NCBI GenBank assembly: GCA_030591685.1
Contig: JAUVAX010000021.1
Span: 1 to 38,968, forward strand
Source of the DNA: Pseudobdellovibrionaceae bacterium
GTDB lineage: Bacteria > Bdellovibrionota > Bdellovibrionia > Bdellovibrionales > UBA1609
Direction: 5' to 3'
Length of the DNA stretch: 38,968 bases
Shown here: piece by piece, positions 28,023 to 37,232 of the stretch
How positions within the stretch are numbered: the first letter of the stretch is position 1
How the letters are laid out: every line of letters begins with the position of its first letter
Program-made: the position numbers and the translations under genes
The notes under the pieces: model-generated
Database searches by the model: none
The model's input: only the letters and a program-made list of their open reading frames with translations
Told to the model about the DNA's origin: nothing

Positions 28023-28816
28023 TAAGGGCATTGCGCTTTAAGAAAAAAGGTTTACTCAATTTTTACACTCCCAATATAAATTCGCTCGTATTCACGAAAA
28101 GAAACTATAAGGCTTACAAAAAACAACTTATAACATCATTACTGCAAACTGTTGCCGAGCCAACATTATATTTTCTCATTTTTTCATATGGTATTAGCCT
28201 GTTTTTGGGAGCTCAACATGCATATATAGAGTTTTTATTTCCGGGGTATATAGCTTTTTGTGGTTTTAATTTAGGTTTTATAGAAAGCTCGTTTGGTGTG
28301 AGTCGCCGCCTTGCAGATAGGGGTGTTTTTGAGTCCATAAAACTGTCCCCAATAAATTTAGAGGACATCGCTTTTTCTGAACTAGCATGGTCAACACTTA
28401 GAGCACTATTTTGCCAAATCTCAATTGTTCTTGTATATATTTTTTTTACAAGAAGTTTACAATGGTCTCTTGTTTCTATCATATTTATGGGGGCACTTTG
28501 CTCATGGCTGGGGGCTGCAATGGGCCTTATCACTTTATCTCTGAGTAAAAAACCAGGCACAGCAAGTTATATTCAAAGTCTTTTTATTCTTCCGTTTTCA
28601 GCTGTTTCAGGTGTGTTCTTTCCTGTAGAGCAGCTGCCAAGGGGTATAGAGGCTCTTTTGTTTATAGCCCCCTTTACCCATGCAACGTCTATAATAAGGA
28701 GTGCGCTTGAGGGGGGCTTTAACTCAATATTTTATGTACAGATAGCTATTTTATTTTCATTTCTAGTGTTTTTAACAAATGTCTCGGTGACAATGTTTGC
28801 CTCAAAGCTTAAGTGA
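28019..28816 (+). CDS. ABC-2 type permease (NodJ-like)
   Basis: EPTLYF..F.YG, YIEFLFPG, SGVFFPVEQLP, PFTHA..IIR; about 6 TM helices; ATGA overlap. Confidence 0.88.
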   Translation: MIRALRFKKKGLLNFYTPNINSLVFTKRNYKAYKKQLITSLLQTVAEPTLYFLIFSYGISLFLGAQHAYIEFLFPGYIAFCGFNLGFIESSFGVSRRLADRGVFESIKLSPINLEDIAFSELAWSTLRALFCQISIVLVYIFFTRSLQWSLVSIIFMGALCSWLGAAMGLITLSLSKKPGTASYIQSLFILPFSAVSGVFFPVEQLPRGIEALLFIAPFTHATSIIRSALEGGFNSIFYVQIAILFSFLVFLTNVSVTMFASKLK

Positions 28817-28830
28817 GCTTAGGGATTTTT

Positions 28831-28855
28831 AAATTAAATTAAATTAAATTAAATT
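28831..28855. repeat. (AAATT)x5 tandem pentamer
   Basis: Five perfect copies between convergent genes, overlapping the epimerase stop codon. Confidence 0.85.
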
Positions 28856-29827
28856 ACAGTCCTTGGCCCACTGAACGCTCTCTTTAATGGCAGCCTCTGC
28901 GGGGATGGGGTTAAGTTTTAAATATTTTTTAGCTTTAGTATTATCGAACCAGTGGTAAAGCGTGGAGGTCCATGCCGTTTCGCCATTGAGGGTTGGTTTT
29001 TTGCCAAAGCGCTCGAGTTGATCGCCGACATAGCCTAGGGTGCGAACAACAGGGTTTGGTAAGTAAAATTTAGGGGGTTCGACTCCAGAGAGTCGAGCAA
29101 TGGTTTTAAAAAGCTCTTTGATGGTGATGTTTTCGCCAGCAAGAATGTAGCGTTCACCACACTTTCCGTTGACCCAGGCTTCATGTGTCGCTTTCACAAC
29201 ATCTCGTATAGAAATTATATTTACACCACCTGAGGTGTAAACTTTAAACTCACCGCGCGCTACTTTTAGCTGGGTCTTTCGACTTGATTTTTTAGCGTCA
29301 CCTGGGCCGTAAATAGTTGAGGGGTTTACAATAACGGCATCTAACAGCCCATTTTTTGCGGCCGTCATGACATGCCTTTCGGCCTCTCTTTTGGTTTCAA
29401 AATATCCAAGGTTTAAGTGGTGAATGTTAAACTCAGAGTCTTCATTTAAAACTTGATTTTTATTAAACCCTGCGCCCACGGCAACAACAGATGAAAAGTG
29501 AACAAGGCGCTGAATTTTATTTTTCACACAGGCTTCAATTACATTTTTTGTGCCCTCGACGTTTACTTTTTGCATAAGAGCTCTTTGAGATCTCTTGTAG
29601 CCTATGACCCCGGCAAGGTGAAACACATGATCAATATTTTTAAACGCACTATTTAATGATTCTAAACGAGTAACGTCCCCAATAAGGTGGCGTATTTTTA
29701 AGCCCTTGAGTTCAGAGAGATCGCTGTTTTCTCTGTGTAGGACTGTTACGTCATAACCCTTCTCAACAAGGTGGCGGGTCATCCAAGACCCTGTAAAGCC
29801 ATTTGCGCCTGTTACTAAAATTCTCAT
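28844..29827 (-). CDS. NAD-dependent epimerase/dehydratase (dihydroflavonol reductase/HpnA-like extended SDR)
   Basis: TGANGFTG, VFHLAG, NVEGTKNV, YFETK (YxxxK), NPSTIYGPGD. Confidence 0.92.
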   Translation of the reverse strand: MRILVTGANGFTGSWMTRHLVEKGYDVTVLHRENSDLSELKGLKIRHLIGDVTRLESLNSAFKNIDHVFHLAGVIGYKRSQRALMQKVNVEGTKNVIEACVKNKIQRLVHFSSVVAVGAGFNKNQVLNEDSEFNIHHLNLGYFETKREAERHVMTAAKNGLLDAVIVNPSTIYGPGDAKKSSRKTQLKVARGEFKVYTSGGVNIISIRDVVKATHEAWVNGKCGERYILAGENITIKELFKTIARLSGVEPPKFYLPNPVVRTLGYVGDQLERFGKKPTLNGETAWTSTLYHWFDNTKAKKYLKLNPIPAEAAIKESVQWAKDCNLI

Positions 29828-30035
29828 AACCTCTCCAAGTGTGTAAAGTTAATGCATCGATGTATGTAAGTAAAGTAGCGTGACGATTTTTATATACTTA
29901 TTTCTAGAGGGGGGGCGCTGAACAGGACAATTAATATTAATAAAAGCTAAGGTCTAAGGTCTTGTGTTCGTCGACTCTAGTGCCCAAAATCATCATAAAG
30001 TGATAAATTTAAGCTATTAAGTAAGGAGTATACCT

Positions 30036-30503
30036 ATGGGCTATGAGAGCCTACTTAAAAATGTATATTTATTTAAGCAATTTAGCCCTAGTGAGATCGA
30101 AAAGGTAAGCGAGGGTATACAGTTGTTGAAGCTCCCAGCAAAAGCTAAGGTGTTTTCTGAAAATGATAAAGCAACCGCTTTATATGTAATCAGTTTTGGT
30201 TCGGTTGCGATACAGCAAAAATCAGATACGGGAGAAAAAATAGAGGTTGCGGTTCTTGGTATAGGTAGCCATTTTGGTGAAATGGCATTTATTGATGGGG
30301 AGCTGCGCTCCGCCTCGGCTGTATGTATGGAGCCCAGTGAGATCATTAAACTTTCTTACGTGAAATTAGAAAATCTAATTTCAAAGGATTTTGAGATGGC
30401 CGCAAGACTTTATAAAGAATTAGCCTATTTTTTGGCGGGTCGATTAAGAGTTACAACTAATGATTTGTCTTTTTCCCGTGAAAAAAACTTATCCTATTTT
30501 TAA
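30036..30503 (+). CDS. Stand-alone cyclic nucleotide-binding domain protein
   Basis: VFSEND..ALYVISFGSV and phosphate-binding cassette FGEMAFIDGELRSASA; no HTH; AAGGAG RBS. Confidence 0.9.
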   Translation: MGYESLLKNVYLFKQFSPSEIEKVSEGIQLLKLPAKAKVFSENDKATALYVISFGSVAIQQKSDTGEKIEVAVLGIGSHFGEMAFIDGELRSASAVCMEPSEIIKLSYVKLENLISKDFEMAARLYKELAYFLAGRLRVTTNDLSFSREKNLSYF

Positions 30504-30520
30504 TAAGCGAGGTTTAATAA

Positions 30521-31279
30521 ATGGATTTTACAACTATAATCGGAGTTTCAATTGGTGTTGCCGCAATATTTTTAGGCAATCTTTTAGAGGGGGGGCATTT
30601 CTCAGCCCTCATTCAGTTTACTGCTTTTATAATAGTGTTTGGTGGAACCCTGGGGGCCACAATTGTATCAAATACTAAGGAGGGCTTAAACCGGTCTATT
30701 GACCTTTTTAAAGCAACACTTAAAAAGGATGATGAAACAAGATTTAAAAAAGCGGCCAACCAAATTGTGGATGCAGCAACAATAGTTAGAAAAGAGGGCC
30801 CCTTAGCTTTAGAGAAAAAGATACACAGCTTCGACGATCCATTTATGCAGGCCGCCTTTAGATTTAGCCTTGATGGTGTTGACGCCAAACAAGTTGAGGA
30901 GGTTTTTTACAATCGCATTGATGTAGAGGATTTAAATGGGCAATCCGGTGCAAAGGTTTGGATGGATGCGGCGGGTTTTGCCCCGACAATTGGGATTATA
31001 GGGGCCGTATTGGGGTTAATACATGTCATGGGTAACCTTTCTGATACGACTCAACTGGGCAAGGGCATTGCTGTAGCCTTTGTGGCTACAATTTATGGGG
31101 TTGGATCTTCAAACTTAGTATTTCTGCCTATCGGAAATAAAATAAAGGCCAAGTTAAAAAACCGAAAACTATTTCAAGAGATGATTGTTGCTGGAGTTGT
31201 CGAGGTATCAAAGGGGTCAAACGCACATGTTGTGTCAGTAAAAATGCAAAACTATATAAGTTCATCACGGTTTAGGTAA
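30521..31279 (+). CDS. motA: Stator A subunit MotA
   Basis: AFIIVFGGTLGA, RKEGPLALE, GFAPTIGIIGAVLGLI, GIAVAFVATIYG, LPIGNKIK. Confidence 0.95.
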   Translation: MDFTTIIGVSIGVAAIFLGNLLEGGHFSALIQFTAFIIVFGGTLGATIVSNTKEGLNRSIDLFKATLKKDDETRFKKAANQIVDAATIVRKEGPLALEKKIHSFDDPFMQAAFRFSLDGVDAKQVEEVFYNRIDVEDLNGQSGAKVWMDAAGFAPTIGIIGAVLGLIHVMGNLSDTTQLGKGIAVAFVATIYGVGSSNLVFLPIGNKIKAKLKNRKLFQEMIVAGVVEVSKGSNAHVVSVKMQNYISSSRFR

Positions 31280-31282
31280 AAA

Positions 31283-32023
31283 ATGCGAAGAAGTACAAAT
31301 CAAGAGGAGCATGAGAACCATGAACGTTGGCTTGTCTCCTATGCCGATTTTATAACGCTCTTGTTTGCTTTTTTTGTGGTTCTATATGCAACCTCTGAAA
31401 GTAACGAAAAAAAGAAAAACGAATTTCAAAAATCAATAAAAAAATACTTTTTGGGAGCCATAAGTGCTGGCCCTTCAGGGGAGGCCTCGGGCTCTGGCAA
31501 GGGTGAAAAACACAAATACGACGCAATAATTGATAGCCCGATAAAAAGATTCAATAAATTAAAAGCAGCGACGAGGGGTTTACAAAAAAACTTAGAGAGC
31601 CTGATAGAGTCGCAAATATCCACGGAAGAAACAAAAAAATATATTTTAGATATTTATAGTGACGAACGAGGGGCTCGATTAATATTAAATGCCAATAAGA
31701 TTTATAAATCAAAGGGCGCTCGTCTTAAAGAATCTTCATTTAATTTTTTAGATAAAATGGCATCCATTATTAAAAAGTTAGAAAGACAAATCGTAATAGA
31801 AAATCATATTAGTACTGCGCTGGCTCCCGGTGACGAGTACTCTCGGTGGGGGTTGACGTCAGCTAGATCGGCTCGTTTTTTGAGTTACTTGCACGCTCAG
31901 CACAATCTCTCTTATGAGCAACTGGTGCCGGTGGGGTTCGCCTCGACCCGCCCGCGAGTCCCTAGGGGGGCTGACAAAAGAAACTCCCGTATTGAGCTTG
32001 TGTTTAAAGATTTACGCATGTAA
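31283..32023 (+). CDS. motB: Stator B subunit MotB (OmpA-like domain diverged)
   Basis: HERWLVSYADFITLLFAFFVVLYA with the conserved Asp; C-terminal OmpA-like fold ending NSRIELV. Confidence 0.93.
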   Translation: MRRSTNQEEHENHERWLVSYADFITLLFAFFVVLYATSESNEKKKNEFQKSIKKYFLGAISAGPSGEASGSGKGEKHKYDAIIDSPIKRFNKLKAATRGLQKNLESLIESQISTEETKKYILDIYSDERGARLILNANKIYKSKGARLKESSFNFLDKMASIIKKLERQIVIENHISTALAPGDEYSRWGLTSARSARFLSYLHAQHNLSYEQLVPVGFASTRPRVPRGADKRNSRIELVFKDLRM

Positions 32024-32294
32024 GTCGTTAAAAACACTCTAAAAACAATAGCTTACAATAATTGTCACAGAGGTGTGTTAAAAATGTACGGCCTTACTTT
32101 TTCAAAAACAACTGTAATTATAAGTAGTTAGTAAAATAGAGCCTTTTTTTGGGGGCAATAAGCTCAGGGTTGCCGCATAGGCCTATTTTTTGGGCGAGAG
32201 GGCTCGATTTAATATGTACACCGTGGAGTCAGACAAGTGTGTGTTTTCAGGTGGTTAGGGGTCTCCGTCACTCAAGGCAGCCATTTAGGGCGCC

Positions 32295-32310
32295 TGGAAT
32301 GGAGTTTGCT
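32295..32310 (+). promoter_or_regulatory. Sigma54 (-24/-12) promoter
   Basis: TGGAATGGAGTTTGCT has GG and GC at canonical spacing, 46 nt before the TTG start at 32357. Confidence 0.6.
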
Positions 32311-32356
32311 TCTAGATAGTGTGAGTCGAACCCCTGCCTAAATAAAGGACGCCCAA

Positions 32357-35300
32357 TTGAAGCCCTTAAAAGTATTACTTCATAAGACACTTACAGTTAT
32401 TTTTACATGGACTTTTTTGTTTCCAGGCGCAGCCCTTGCGGCATCAACAGGTGAAACACCGGCCACAATCAAAAGGCCCACAAGGGGACAGCTCGAAAAG
32501 ACGGCTCAAAAAATTATCGATTCAAATCGGTCCTTTCAAATTTTAATGTCCAGCAAGGCCCGTACTCATTACACTGATAAAAAACTTAAAATGGCAAAGG
32601 AGCAGGCTCGCCCAGCCAATCAAAAATTTTTCTCAAGAGAGACTGACCGTTTCAAAAGGGTAGCAAAAACAACAGCCAAAGATTCGGTTTTCTTTTTTGC
32701 AGCAGGTGTTCTTGTGAGTCGGTTTTACTCAACGGTTGCTGGTGAATGGATGGGTAAGGCCAAATACCTCACAGACCCTCAAACACTAGAAACCAATTTT
32801 GAACAACTCAAAAGTCCCGAAGGCTTTGCCCACTTTTTTTTGTTTATAGGCGCAATGGATTACTACAATGATTTGACTAGGTCTATGGTTGAAAATAAAA
32901 AAGACTTGTCCCCTAAGTTAAAAAAGTTTTTAAGTGGCAAGTACAATGGATATGCAGGCATGGCTGTAGCAACTGTCGTTGCTAGTATTGTGATGGAGAT
33001 GACTATTGGTATTAAAGACTGCACTTATGCAAAAATTGCAGACTCACATAACGCGATTAAATTTGACCAAGGTTATAGTGATGTTGAATTATCAAAAAAA
33101 CAACAACATATAGAGGCTTGTGATGCCCTATACATGAAATGGATCTCCGGTAAGGGGGTGCAGATTTTAGCTACACAGATGGTCAGCCTGGTAGCGGCGG
33201 CGGGCCTAGGCGGGATTCTTCAGAGTATGGTGTTTTCTCCTGTTGCATCGGCAAAAAATGGGCTGTCTGTTCTGGGAAAATATGGCGCTGCGGCAACAAA
33301 AAAACTAGAGGAATCAGGGTTTAAAAGTAGAAATAAAAAACCAACTAGAAAAGTTAAATACAGTGCCGCTAAAAAAATTGCTAAAAGCAAGCTAACACGG
33401 CAGTTAATAAAAGCTAAAACTGCTGGACTTGGTATAATTGGCAGTATTGCGGCAGTAAAAAACGTACTTTTAGCCATGAACCCCATGCCTATTGCTAAAG
33501 TTATACAGTTCACATTCTTTTTAGCTGCGCAAACATTAATAGAACCCCTAGTAGAAGAGGTGAACGGGGCGATTAACACAAAGTTTTTAATTAATGCCGA
33601 AAACAGACTCGTTAAAAGTATTGCTGTCTCTAAACAAAAGGGGTGGAGCGATAGCTCTATTGAGAAAAAATCAAAAATACATCGCCGGTGTTCTCGGACG
33701 GGTAAAAACTGCAAAGGTATTTTAGAGAGTTTAAAGTTCTATACTCACGAAAACAGAGACTGGCGCATGCATAAAATGGCGACAGCCTCGCTAGCAAATG
33801 CCAATTGGTTTGACTATGTCATAGACATGACTAAGCGGTACGATGGGGCCAAGCTTTTTTACGAAAAAATAATTACAGACATTGACTTATATGATTTTAA
33901 AAAAGGTGTTATCCCCCCATTTGATGCTGTGTTGCCTGTAAAAATTGAAGATGGACAGCTAATTTACTATGGCGAGAGAGATGAGTCTTTATATTCGTAC
34001 ACATTAAGGCCGGGGGTAACATTTGAAGAAGAACAAAAAGAGCCTGAACAGACAGGACTGCAAAAACTAGAAGCCCTGCAGTCGGATTTTGAAAAAAACA
34101 TTATTGTTCTTAAAGAAATGCCTGATGATATTTCTTTTGAAGAGTCTGCTAATTTTTTGTTCACCCTGGATCAAGAGTCCTTTTTTGAAATCCTTAATTT
34201 TTCAGTAGAAGATTTAGCCCAGGCAAGTCGTGAAGATAAAGATTCAAATGAAACCGACGTAGAGTTTTTCTTTAAGGAAGTTAAAAGAAAGGCTCGGCTA
34301 AAAGCACCAGAACTTATACAAACAGCAAAGTTACGAGTTAAAGACGAAATTGAAAGCCATGAAAAGTCTATTGTTGATATTAAAGCTGAACGTGACCGAA
34401 TCATTAACGCCAACAGAACGCTTCATACAGAGCTATTAGCTGGAGTTAACTTAGAGGGGTATAATAAATATGATGTAGGACGGGTTATTAACATAAAGTA
34501 CGCAGCCCAGTTAATAAAAAAGAAACTCGACCACTGGAAGGCCAATGAGGACCAATACCCCGTAGTGACTACAGTAAAAGGGACTCAGTATGATATGTAT
34601 CTTGAAAGAATTAATCTAAACAAACTTTACGATTTATTTTCGTCAAACCGTAAGGCCGACTGGTCCACGGGTGTAAAATTATTAGATGATTCAGTGAGAG
34701 GCCCTAGAAATAGGTGCAAAAAAATAAAGATTAGCCTCAAAGACTTTGACCCCAGCGTTGATTCTGAGGAGCTATTTGTAGAAACCTATATACTCACAGG
34801 CACTAGTTATGAGCTATTTTGTACAAAAGACCTCGTCTACGACAGGCTTGGGTGGCCAAAAGTACAAACCTACATTAATAATTATTTAGACGATTATTCA
34901 GAAGAGGTTTTAAAATCAAATAATGACATTAGAAATATTCATTTAAAAAAGGTTTCTGGGTTTAAAATTGATAACGCCGCTGAGGACTTTTTAACTCACA
35001 TGGTCTGTGGGCCAAGAGTATCAAGTTCACCTGAAACTTTAATTAAAGATACTGGTACAGAGTTTATTGGTGAAGGGCTGCCGTGGACAAGCCTTACTTT
35101 TTTACCCCCAAGAATTGTAAACGTAAAAGGGAACATATGCAAAAAAAGCATAGTTAATAAGCTATCACTCTCATCAAAAAGTATTTATGAGTCTGAATTT
35201 CAGGTAACAACTAAGTATAATCAAAAAAAGACGTATACAAACCTTCTCTCACTTGTTCAAGAGAATATTATGGACACGGCGATTGGTCCTATTCGATGCG

Positions 35301-36187
35301 CTGAGACAGTAAATTACCCTGAAATTCCGATGCTTCCTGGCCAAGAGAAAGGCCAAGAGCCAGTTTCAACTAATGTTGATAAAACAAAAGGCTACCCGTC
35401 TTGCAACTATGGCACCTGGGAGGAGAGCTTTTCTCTTTGGTGGAGCAACAACGTCGCAGGAGCTTTTGAGGTTCAAGTAGAGCATGCAAAAAAAATATAC
35501 GGTAAAATTGTAGATGAAGTTATTAGCCCGGCTTTTTATGGCCATAAAGCGTATGATCGTGACAGCTATAAAGAGGGTGTATTTAGTGTTCAAGAGAACA
35601 TGGGGGTGTCAGATGCAATTAAAATTGAGTGGTCAGTATATATAAACGAGGTTCTGTCAAAAATTTACACGTCTTCTGTGAGAGAATTAAAGGCCGGTGT
35701 GAGTGAAAAATCACAGGCCAATATTAAAATGAAAAAATGGGGTCAGTCGTTATTAGCTGTACTTGGTGAGTATTTGACTATGAATAAATATAAAAAGCTT
35801 GAAACACAAGAGGTAGAGGCTCGGTATATTTTTTCTTTACTCAATGCTTATAAAAGGGCCGTAAGTCTTTCAAGTGGTGAGCTTCAAGCAGAGATTAAAA
35901 ACTTAAAGGCAAAAATTAAAAGTATTCAGAGCGCCCCCTCGCACCCAGACGCAGGGAGTTTGTCTGAGTACAAAAGAAGACTTCAAGTTTTAACCGGAGC
36001 AGATCAGGGTCAGCAGGCTGAGGAGGCCTACGCTATAGCTCAGTCGGGTTATGAACTCGTCACGTTAACAGAGGTGGAGCTTTCAGGGGCACAAAAAAAG
36101 GTCATTGAAAGAGCCATAAGCGCCATGGAGTCAATAGTGATGGAAGTGAGTCAGTACCGAGGATTTTTTACAGACCTCACTCAATAA
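32357..36187 (+). CDS. Large (1276 aa) hypothetical exported protein with Gly/Ala-rich hydrophobic helices
   Basis: Long intact ORF, AAGGA RBS, signal peptide ending ALA, several hydrophobic segments in the first ~400 aa, acidic helical middle. Confidence 0.85.
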   Translation: MKPLKVLLHKTLTVIFTWTFLFPGAALAASTGETPATIKRPTRGQLEKTAQKIIDSNRSFQILMSSKARTHYTDKKLKMAKEQARPANQKFFSRETDRFKRVAKTTAKDSVFFFAAGVLVSRFYSTVAGEWMGKAKYLTDPQTLETNFEQLKSPEGFAHFFLFIGAMDYYNDLTRSMVENKKDLSPKLKKFLSGKYNGYAGMAVATVVASIVMEMTIGIKDCTYAKIADSHNAIKFDQGYSDVELSKKQQHIEACDALYMKWISGKGVQILATQMVSLVAAAGLGGILQSMVFSPVASAKNGLSVLGKYGAAATKKLEESGFKSRNKKPTRKVKYSAAKKIAKSKLTRQLIKAKTAGLGIIGSIAAVKNVLLAMNPMPIAKVIQFTFFLAAQTLIEPLVEEVNGAINTKFLINAENRLVKSIAVSKQKGWSDSSIEKKSKIHRRCSRTGKNCKGILESLKFYTHENRDWRMHKMATASLANANWFDYVIDMTKRYDGAKLFYEKIITDIDLYDFKKGVIPPFDAVLPVKIEDGQLIYYGERDESLYSYTLRPGVTFEEEQKEPEQTGLQKLEALQSDFEKNIIVLKEMPDDISFEESANFLFTLDQESFFEILNFSVEDLAQASREDKDSNETDVEFFFKEVKRKARLKAPELIQTAKLRVKDEIESHEKSIVDIKAERDRIINANRTLHTELLAGVNLEGYNKYDVGRVINIKYAAQLIKKKLDHWKANEDQYPVVTTVKGTQYDMYLERINLNKLYDLFSSNRKADWSTGVKLLDDSVRGPRNRCKKIKISLKDFDPSVDSEELFVETYILTGTSYELFCTKDLVYDRLGWPKVQTYINNYLDDYSEEVLKSNNDIRNIHLKKVSGFKIDNAAEDFLTHMVCGPRVSSSPETLIKDTGTEFIGEGLPWTSLTFLPPRIVNVKGNICKKSIVNKLSLSSKSIYESEFQVTTKYNQKKTYTNLLSLVQENIMDTAIGPIRCAETVNYPEIPMLPGQEKGQEPVSTNVDKTKGYPSCNYGTWEESFSLWWSNNVAGAFEVQVEHAKKIYGKIVDEVISPAFYGHKAYDRDSYKEGVFSVQENMGVSDAIKIEWSVYINEVLSKIYTSSVRELKAGVSEKSQANIKMKKWGQSLLAVLGEYLTMNKYKKLETQEVEARYIFSLLNAYKRAVSLSSGELQAEIKNLKAKIKSIQSAPSHPDAGSLSEYKRRLQVLTGADQGQQAEEAYAIAQSGYELVTLTEVELSGAQKKVIERAISAMESIVMEVSQYRGFFTDLTQ

Positions 36188-36273
36188 TTGATAAATTTCT
36201 GTAATCAGAAATGTAGCTGTGGTACAAAACCACCTATTAGAGAGTAAGGTAAAAGTAAGTGATAATGAAAACC

Positions 36274-36289
36274 TGGCACCCTAGTTGCA
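36274..36289 (+). promoter_or_regulatory. Sigma54 (-24/-12) promoter
   Basis: TGGCACCCTAGTTGCA, a near-perfect TGGCAC-N5-TTGCA. Confidence 0.8.
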
Positions 36290-36412
36290 TTGTTAAATAG
36301 TAAGAAAGAACAGCTTATAGAGCGCTAATTCAAAGGCACAACAGGCTGCTAGAGTTAACCAGATTGTAAATATTTTAGTCAATTTTACAATTATTCGAAA
36401 AGGAAACAAAAC

Positions 36413-37168
36413 ATGAAGAAGCTCATCATAATAACAGCAATAGTAGCCATGTCAGCTCCAGCTTTCGCCATAAGAAAGGGCAAAGGCCCTAGAGACAAAG
36501 GTAAGCAGGAACAGAAAAATATTGAGAAAAAAGCAGTAAAAGCACGCATGGGGACGCGAACTGATAAGGTGCAAAAATCAAATGATCTTGCTGAAAACAT
36601 TGAAAAAGCCTATGGCCGGGTTGGTGAGAGTATTAAAAAATTAGCCAACGAGACTTCTTTAGGGCTGATTTATCCTAAAAAGGCTCAAAGAATGATTGAA
36701 GAAAATGTGACAAGCTTTTTAAATGCTAACAAGCTCGTAAAGGAACAATTAGAATCTGACAAAACAGAAATTGGTGAGTTAAAGCTAGAGACCATGGAGA
36801 ATTCTAAAGATACAGTCGGTGTTGTCAGTGAGTTACTGCAGGTAAAATTATCTAAAAAAAGTACCCAGTTTACTAAAAAAGACAAAGAAGAGGTTGATGA
36901 TTTAGTACAACTTTTATATGTCATGTCGTATCACATTGAAGACGTTGTAGCTAAATCAACAGACATGAAGACAGTAAAAAACTTTAATATATTAGCTAAA
37001 AGTATTAACAAGAATATTTCAGGTCGCGAGATTGATGTTACAGAGGCCGTAAATAAAATTATTGGAGAGTACTTAAAGTTGGCCCGAGGTGAAGAGCCCA
37101 CACAGGCAAAAATAGATGCTTTCAAAAAAGAAATGAAAGAGGCCTGCAAAAAAGGTGTTGCAGCCTAA
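36413..37168 (+). CDS. Hypothetical secreted, highly charged helical protein
   Basis: AAGGA RBS, signal peptide ending AFA, Lys/Glu-rich. Confidence 0.85.
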   Translation: MKKLIIITAIVAMSAPAFAIRKGKGPRDKGKQEQKNIEKKAVKARMGTRTDKVQKSNDLAENIEKAYGRVGESIKKLANETSLGLIYPKKAQRMIEENVTSFLNANKLVKEQLESDKTEIGELKLETMENSKDTVGVVSELLQVKLSKKSTQFTKKDKEEVDDLVQLLYVMSYHIEDVVAKSTDMKTVKNFNILAKSINKNISGREIDVTEAVNKIIGEYLKLARGEEPTQAKIDAFKKEMKEACKKGVAA

Positions 37169-37197
37169 TTAGAGTTTAATTTTTGTTTTCCTTTTTT

Positions 37198-37229
37198 AAA
37201 AAAGCTACACATAATGTGTGGCTTTTTTT
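37198..37229. terminator. Bidirectional rho-independent terminator
   Basis: AAAAAAGCTACAC-ATAAT-GTGTGGCTTTTTTT between convergent genes. Confidence 0.8.
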
Positions 37230-37232
37230 ATT

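Noticed and set aside
30521..32023. MotAB pair as Zorya ZorAB or ExbBD/TolQR
   Set aside because: MotA is normal length without the long ZorA tail, no zorC/D/E are nearby, and the WLVSYADF and RKEG motifs are flagellar-stator type
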